Source of the DNA: Bifidobacteriaceae bacterium
GTDB lineage: Bacteria > Actinomycetota > Actinomycetes > Actinomycetales > WQXJ01
Length of the DNA stretch: 64,000 nt
Direction: 5' to 3'
NCBI GenBank assembly: GCA_031281585.1
Contig: JAITFE010000060.1
Location: 26,782-90,781 of the forward strand
Made by a program: the position numbers and the translations under genes. The notes under the pieces are model-generated. The model ran no database searches. It was not told the DNA's origin and saw only the letters and a program-made list of their open reading frames with translations. Numbering within the stretch: position 1 is the first letter of the stretch; the number at the start of each line of letters is the position of its first letter. Shown piece by piece: positions 59,320-64,000 of the stretch.

Positions 59320-60717
59320 TCACGTGTCGCCGGGCGGCGCCTGGCCCTCGAAGGTGACGCCCTCGACATAGAGGCCTGACGTCCACGTGTTCCCGGACCC
59401 ACCGGAGGCGGAGGGAACCACCGCCACACGGGAGATCGTGCGGGCTGTGAAGGTCAAGTCGGAATCCTGCCACTCCCCGCCGGTCATGGTGAAACTGCCG
59501 ATCTTCTCCCAGCCGCCGGAGGTGCCGGACACGTACACGTCGAAGCTGCCGTTTCTGAGCTCGTTGAGGAAGGCGCTGGTGGACGCGGTGCCCACTCCGT
59601 AGGAGATGCTCAGGCCGGCGACATTCGGCACCGCCGTGTCGAAGACCAGGGGCGTCACCTGGTAGGTCGTGCCGGGCATCTCCACCGGGCCGTCTGCGGC
59701 TTCCGCCCGGTACGGGTTGGAGACGTGAACCTTCAGCACCGACTCCGGGCCGTCCTTGGAGGTGATCGTGATGTCCACGGAATAGTTGGAGTAGTCGTCC
59801 CAGACCGCGGTGACCAGGCCGGTTGAGTTCACCAACGCCGAGGTCGGGTCGTCGGTCTTGTAGGTCAAGTCCTGGTAGGTGGCGTCGCTCGGCTCAATCG
59901 CGGCGTCGATCTGGTAGGTCTCGCCTGGTTTCAAGTCGACGCTGTCCGTCGGCAGGTTGACGGACTGGACCAGCCGGTGGGCGTCGATCTCGATCTCCTG
60001 CGCGATGTCGCCGCTGACCACCTTGATGGTCGCGGCGCCTGTCTCATGGGCGGTTATGGCGCCGTCGGCGCTGACTGAGACGATCGCCTCGTCGCTGGAC
60101 TCGAAACCTATCGGATAGGTCGATTCGGCCGGTTCCAGGACGGGCTCCAGTTCGTAAACCTCGTCAATGTCAAGGATCAAGTCGTCCGGCAGCCCGGTGA
60201 TCGCGGTGGGCGGCTCCGACACGATGAACGAATAGGTCTTCTTGACGTGGCGCTGCGAAGATTCGACGGTCAGTTTCGCCTCCCCGGCCTTGACGCCCTC
60301 GATGGTCGTCTTGCCGTCTTTCTCGCTCACCCGCAGCACGCTCGGCCGGTTCGAGGTCAAGCTCAGCTTGTCCAAGAGCAGGGTCTTCGGATCGCTGAGC
60401 AAGCTCACACCGGCCTTTTGGCCGGGCGCGATCGCGAGCAGGTCGCCAACCGACGCGAGTTTGCCGAAATCAGCGCCGACCGACTTCGCGGTCATGGCGT
60501 TCAGGCCGAATCCGGCGCCGGCGCCAAGGACCAAGGCGATCGCCGCCGCCAGGATGATGGTCAGCGTCTTGGGCCGGTATCCCTTCTTACTGGGTCGGGC
60601 GAGTTCCTGGGTGGCCCCAAGCGCACCGCCGGCCGTCGCCCCAGCGACCGTCTCTCCGCACACGCCGCATTGAGCGGCGCCGGGCACCAATTGCGAACCA
60701 CACTTATCACAGAACAT
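59320..60717 (-). CDS. Zinc-ribbon / single-pass membrane protein with extracellular Big_2-type Ig domains
   Basis: From MFCDKCGSQLVPGAAQCGVCG (zinc ribbon, start 60717) there is a TM helix (TLTIILAAAIALVLGAGAGFG) and then at least 3 Big_2-like repeats (for example GVKAGEAKLTV and HETGAATIKVV). The C-terminal beta-rich domain is unassigned. Confidence 0.75.
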   Translation of the reverse strand: MFCDKCGSQLVPGAAQCGVCGETVAGATAGGALGATQELARPSKKGYRPKTLTIILAAAIALVLGAGAGFGLNAMTAKSVGADFGKLASVGDLLAIAPGQKAGVSLLSDPKTLLLDKLSLTSNRPSVLRVSEKDGKTTIEGVKAGEAKLTVESSQRHVKKTYSFIVSEPPTAITGLPDDLILDIDEVYELEPVLEPAESTYPIGFESSDEAIVSVSADGAITAHETGAATIKVVSGDIAQEIEIDAHRLVQSVNLPTDSVDLKPGETYQIDAAIEPSDATYQDLTYKTDDPTSALVNSTGLVTAVWDDYSNYSVDITITSKDGPESVLKVHVSNPYRAEAADGPVEMPGTTYQVTPLVFDTAVPNVAGLSISYGVGTASTSAFLNELRNGSFDVYVSGTSGGWEKIGSFTMTGGEWQDSDLTFTARTISRVAVVPSASGGSGNTWTSGLYVEGVTFEGQAPPGDT

Positions 60718-60969
60718 GACCGCTGCTCCCCTTCCGTACAACGCTGTTGGCCAGCTGCGTTGCCAGCCTATTGGCCTGGACTGACCAGACGGTCTGCTCC
60801 GCGCAGACAATTCGACCCGATCCGCCGACGGCTGATTTCCGTCCCCCGGCTTCCGCCAGCCCCGCTCCAACCTTTCGCGAAGTCTCGCCCGCGGCCGCCG
60901 GTGTCCATGCCTCCCCCAACATAGGACCCCGGCCGCCCTTGGTGCAACGGGCCGTTAATCGTCCGCACT

Positions 60970-61185
60970 GGTCCCCTGCCCATTCCCGTGGGAAAAGGCA
61001 CCGTCCGCCATTTCCGGCGGCCCTGGGGCCAACCGCCCAATACGCGCACGGGGAGTCCCCGCCCGTTCCCGTGGAAATAAGTACCGTCCCCATTTCCGGC
61101 AGCCCTGGGGCCGACGGGCCGGTACGCGCCCGCGCGGGTCCGCCGCCCGTGCCCGGGGACCTAGGTACCGTCCCCATTTCGGAGC
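60970..61185. repeat. Tandem repeat, about 82-84-bp unit, about 2.7 copies
   Basis: C.TTCCCGTGG.AA.A.G.ACCGTCC.CCATTTCCGGC.GCCCTGGGGCC recurs at about 60981, 61063 and 61147. The last copy overlaps the 3' end and stop codon of trmH. Confidence 0.8.
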
Positions 61186-62087
61186 GCTTCGGCGGACGCG
61201 TACAGGCACAAGGTCGCGGCCATGGCGACGTTCAGCGACTCGGCCCGCCCGTAAATCTCGATCCGAACCGATTGGTCTGCGGCCGCCCGCGCCGCCGCGC
61301 TCAAGCCCCGCGCCTCGTTTCCAAAGAGCCAGGCGGTGGGCTGGCCCAACGCCGCCCGGTCCAATGCCTCCTCGCCCGCGCCGTCCGCCGCCAGAATCGC
61401 CAACCCGGCTGGCCTCAACTGCTGAACCGCCTCTTCGACGGAGGCGGCCTGCGCCACCGGCACATGAAAATAGGAGCCCGCCGAGGCCCGGATCACTTTG
61501 GGGGCCGCCGGATCAACCGACTGGTCGGCGAAGACCACCAGGTCCGCCCCGGCCGCGTCGGCCGCGCGGATCACGGTGCCCGCGTTCCCCGGGTCCCTGA
61601 GCTGCTCAAGCACCGCCACCAGTTGCGGCGCCGACTGCCCGCCCGGCGGATCCGGGTCCACTGCGCCGCCAAGGCCCGGCTCGGGCAACCCGCAGCCAGC
61701 CGGATTCAGGCCCCGCCGACCCGCACCGCCCAGACCGGCGTCTGACTCTGGCGCCTCCCGGCCTGCCACGGCGCTGGACACCGTCCAGCCCGCCCAAGGG
61801 TCGCGGGCGCGAGCCGCCACCCCTTGCGCGTCGGGTGAGATCGCCCGCACGTATTCGGCGGACGCCTCATGCGGGTGCCCGCCCGAGGCGAGCGTGGCGG
61901 CGATGATCTCGGGATGCCGCCCGGCGGCATCGGCGGTCAGGTAAACGTCCAAGACCAAGCCGGCCAAGGCGGCCTCGCGGCACGCCTGCGGACCTTCGAC
62001 CAGCAACTCGCCGGTCTCCAGACGCGCCGAACGCCTGGCCAGACGGCGGACCCGCTTGACCCTCTCAGAGGCCACGTTGGTCAGCAC
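61161..62087 (-). CDS. TrmH/SpoU-family RNA 2'-O-methyltransferase (with an insertion of about 55 aa)
   Basis: 308-aa ORF with a GTG start. SpoU motifs are LRDPGNAGTVIR, FGNEARGLS and ESLNVAMAATLCLY. It occupies the usual position downstream of rplT. Confidence 0.8.
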   Translation of the reverse strand: MLTNVASERVKRVRRLARRSARLETGELLVEGPQACREAALAGLVLDVYLTADAAGRHPEIIAATLASGGHPHEASAEYVRAISPDAQGVAARARDPWAGWTVSSAVAGREAPESDAGLGGAGRRGLNPAGCGLPEPGLGGAVDPDPPGGQSAPQLVAVLEQLRDPGNAGTVIRAADAAGADLVVFADQSVDPAAPKVIRASAGSYFHVPVAQAASVEEAVQQLRPAGLAILAADGAGEEALDRAALGQPTAWLFGNEARGLSAAARAAADQSVRIEIYGRAESLNVAMAATLCLYASAEALRNGDGT

Positions 62088-62123
62088 GTCAGCGCCAGGC
62101 GTTCGGGACTGGCGAATTCGCGG

Positions 62124-62507
62124 TCAGGCCGCGGCCGGCGCGTTCACGTCCGCCGGCAACGCCTCCTTGGCCTGCGCCACCAACTGGGCGAAGGTGTCCG
62201 GGTCGGTGACCGCGATCTCCGCCAGCATGCGGCGGTCCACTTCGATCTGCGCCAAGTGCAGACCCTGAATGAAGCGGTTGTAGGTCATGCCATTTGCCCT
62301 GGCGGCGGCGTTGATCCGCTGAATCCACAGGCGCCGGAAGTCGCCCTTGCGGGCCTTGCGGTCCCGGTAGGCGTAGTTGCCGGAATGCTGAACCTGCTCT
62401 TTGGCCTTGCGGTATAGCCGCGAGCGCTGCCCGCGGTAACCAGACGCCTTCTCGAGGACGGACCGGCGCTTCTTGCGCGCGTTGACGGACCTCTTTACAC
62501 GTGCCAT
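62124..62507 (-). CDS. rplT: 50S ribosomal protein L20
   Basis: [39 protein letters not shown]... 127 aa, with a GGAG RBS upstream. Confidence 0.97.
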   Translation of the reverse strand: MARVKRSVNARKKRRSVLEKASGYRGQRSRLYRKAKEQVQHSGNYAYRDRKARKGDFRRLWIQRINAAARANGMTYNRFIQGLHLAQIEVDRRMLAEIAVTDPDTFAQLVAQAKEALPADVNAPAAA

Positions 62508-62534
62508 TTCCTTAGCTCCTCTACCCTCTAGCCC

Positions 62535-62729
62535 TCAGCGGCCCAGCAGTCGTCTGACGTTCTTGCGGTCGGCCTTCGCCAGGACCTTGTCCTCGGACAG
62601 GCGGCGCGTGCGGCGCGACGACTTCGATTCGAAGTTGTGCCGCATGCCCGGCTGTTCGTGCATGATCTTGCCGGTTCCGGTGATCCGGAAGCGCTTCTTC
62701 GCACCTGAGTGCGTCTTGTTCTTCGGCAT
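62535..62729 (-). CDS. rpmI: 50S ribosomal protein L35
   Basis: MPKNKTHSGAKKRFRITGTGKIMHEQPGMRHNFESKSSRRTRRL... 64 aa, with the ATG at 62729. The longer ORF-track frame upstream is rejected. Confidence 0.95.
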   Translation of the reverse strand: MPKNKTHSGAKKRFRITGTGKIMHEQPGMRHNFESKSSRRTRRLSEDKVLAKADRKNVRRLLGR

Positions 62730-62733
62730 GGCC

Positions 62734-64000
62734 TTAGCTTTCCTTGGTCGTTTCTTCTGCTGATCGCGTCCGTCCCGAGTGGGTCGAACGTTGTCTTGAC
62801 GGTCGCGCCTTGGCCGATCCGGGACCTGGCCGCGCGGCGGCCGCTTTGACGCTGTTGGCGGCCGCTTCGGCCGTTGGGTTGGCGGCGCCCGGCTGCGGGC
62901 GGGGCGTGGGCTTCGCGCCGGGCCTGGGGGCCGGCGCTGGTCTGGGCACGGGACTCGGGCTCGGCCCCGCCGGTTTCGGAGCCGCTTTGGGCGCTGGTTC
63001 GGCCGGCCTCGGGGGTGCTTGGCCAGCCTGTTCGGCCGGTTTCGGCGCCGCACTGGGAGGCGTTTCGGCCCGCGCCGCCGGCGCTCCGGAGGCGGCTGGC
63101 GGCGCTGCGGGAGAAGGGCTCGGGCGGGAGGAGGCCGTGCTGGTGCGGGCGGAGGCCGTGCTCGGGCGGGCCGGGGCCTCGGCGTCCGCGCCGCCCACGG
63201 CTGCGGCGTCACGACCCTTGTCGGTTTCTGGCGCGTCCGCTTCCGCAGTTGGCGCGCCGCCGGCGGCGGCGCGCACGGCATTGTCTTCGTCTTCGGCCTG
63301 CTCCGGCGCGGCCGCGCCCGTGACGCTGGCCGCCGAGGCGGCCGGCTGGGCGGATGTGGCCGGAGCCGGAGCGGCGGCGGCAGCAGTGCCGGTGGTGTCG
63401 GCAGTGCCGACGACGTCAGAGGCTGAGGTGCTGACACTGGCGGCGGGCGCGGGGGCGCTCGGCGCGCTCTGAGCGGGCTCCGGAGCCGATTCGACTTCCT
63501 CGTCTTGGCCGGGCGCGGCGGTTGACGGCTGGGCCGAAGCCTCCGGACCGCCGTCGCGGGTCCGCTTGCGGGTCTGCGCGCGGGCGGCCTTCTTTTTGAC
63601 CGGCGCGAGCACCATGACCATGTTGCGGCCGTCTTGACGGGGAGCCGACTCGACGGTCGCCAGTTCGGAAACCTCTTCGGCCAGCCGTTGCAGCAACCGC
63701 ATGCCCAATTCCGGGCGCGATTGCTCGCGGCCGCGGAACATGATCATCACCTTGACCTTGTCGCCCTGGTTGAGGAAGCGCTCGACGTGCCCCTTCTTGG
63801 TCCCATAGTCATGCGGATCGATCTTGAGGCGGAAGCGAATCTCTTTCAACACCGTGTTGGCTTGATTGCGCCGCGCGTCGCGGGCCTTCTGAGCCGACTC
63901 GTACTTGAACTTGCCGTAATCCATGAGCTTGGCGACGGGCGGCCGCGCGTCCGGGGCGACTTCGACCAGGTCGAGGTCGGCCTCAGCCGCGAGGCGCAAG
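62734..64000 (-). CDS. infC: Translation initiation factor IF-3 (N-terminus outside the window) with a C-terminal Ala/Pro-rich extension of about 280 aa
   Basis: The IF-3 core is ...[39 protein letters not shown]...[40 protein letters not shown]...NMVMVLAP. A low-complexity tail then continues in the same frame to the stop at 62734. Confidence 0.9.
   Translation of the reverse strand, partial: LRLAAEADLDLVEVAPDARPPVAKLMDYGKFKYESAQKARDARRNQANTVLKEIRFRLKIDPHDYGTKKGHVERFLNQGDKVKVMIMFRGREQSRPELGMRLLQRLAEEVSELATVESAPRQDGRNMVMVLAPVKKKAARAQTRKRTRDGGPEASAQPSTAAPGQDEEVESAPEPAQSAPSAPAPAASVSTSASDVVGTADTTGTAAAAAPAPATSAQPAASAASVTGAAAPEQAEDEDNAVRAAAGGAPTAEADAPETDKGRDAAAVGGADAEAPARPSTASARTSTASSRPSPSPAAPPAASGAPAARAETPPSAAPKPAEQAGQAPPRPAEPAPKAAPKPAGPSPSPVPRPAPAPRPGAKPTPRPQPGAANPTAEAAANSVKAAAARPGPGSAKARPSRQRSTHSGRTRSAEETTKES

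Noticed and set aside
1-64000. A search by eye for tRNA, rRNA or tmRNA genes, integrases, transposases, phage genes, and cas, RT or other hallmark defence genes.
   Set aside because: I recognised none. As a result, the proposed accessory region (about 37.6-43.2 kb) has no demonstrable mobility genes or att sites, and its 'island' status rests only on gene content and apparent GC drop.

Overview
High-GC (about 70% by eye, not computed) chromosomal segment from an Actinomycetota genome. Supporting signs are mshA for mycothiol synthesis, LPXTG sortase substrates, frequent GTG starts and many 1-4 nt start/stop overlaps. I found no rRNA, tRNA, CRISPR array, integrase or transposase.

Gene order:
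- 1-111: tail of a membrane protein.
- 246-890: a lipoprotein.
- 1441-5469 and 6087-22682 (minus strand): two tandem LPXTG surface proteins of 1342 aa and 5531 aa. The second is built from dozens of Ig-like repeats. Together they fill about one third of the window.
- 23083-27695 (minus): a coupled block of a LigT-like gene, manC, an M20 amidohydrolase and mshA.
- 27878-28906: trpS.
- 29096-31204: a DUF222/HNH gene.
- 31898-32695: a membrane protein.
- 33243-36661: a DeoR-galT-galK operon.
- 37245-37643: an ACT-domain gene.
- 37709-41370: three different type II toxin-antitoxin pairs (vapBC, hipBA, DUF1778/GNAT).
- 41472-42856: a visibly lower-GC lipoprotein gene with a small upstream ORF.
- 43200-51592: a tightly coupled five-gene operon (SWIM zinc finger, DUF5691-like, AAA+ MoxR/CbbQ-type, DUF5682-like, vWA).
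- 51816-64000: housekeeping genes (xth, an ABC-2 exporter pair, folD, glyA, an aldo/keto reductase, a zinc-ribbon/Big_2 membrane protein, trmH, rplT, rpmI, infC).

The best candidate for an undescribed system is the SWIM/AAA+/vWA five-gene operon, which sits directly beside the TA cluster.

A second theme is an unusual load of GC-rich tandem and dispersed repeats. They occur in intergenic regions and also in frame inside genes (manC, the SWIM and DUF5682-like genes, the DUF222/HNH gene). One block is an iteron-like array of at least 10 copies of a roughly 20-nt motif.

All family assignments come from reading the translated ORFs and from memory of family signatures. No searches were run. Coordinates I read directly from the sequence text may be off by 1 nt. 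CDS coordinates are frame-checked against the ORF track.
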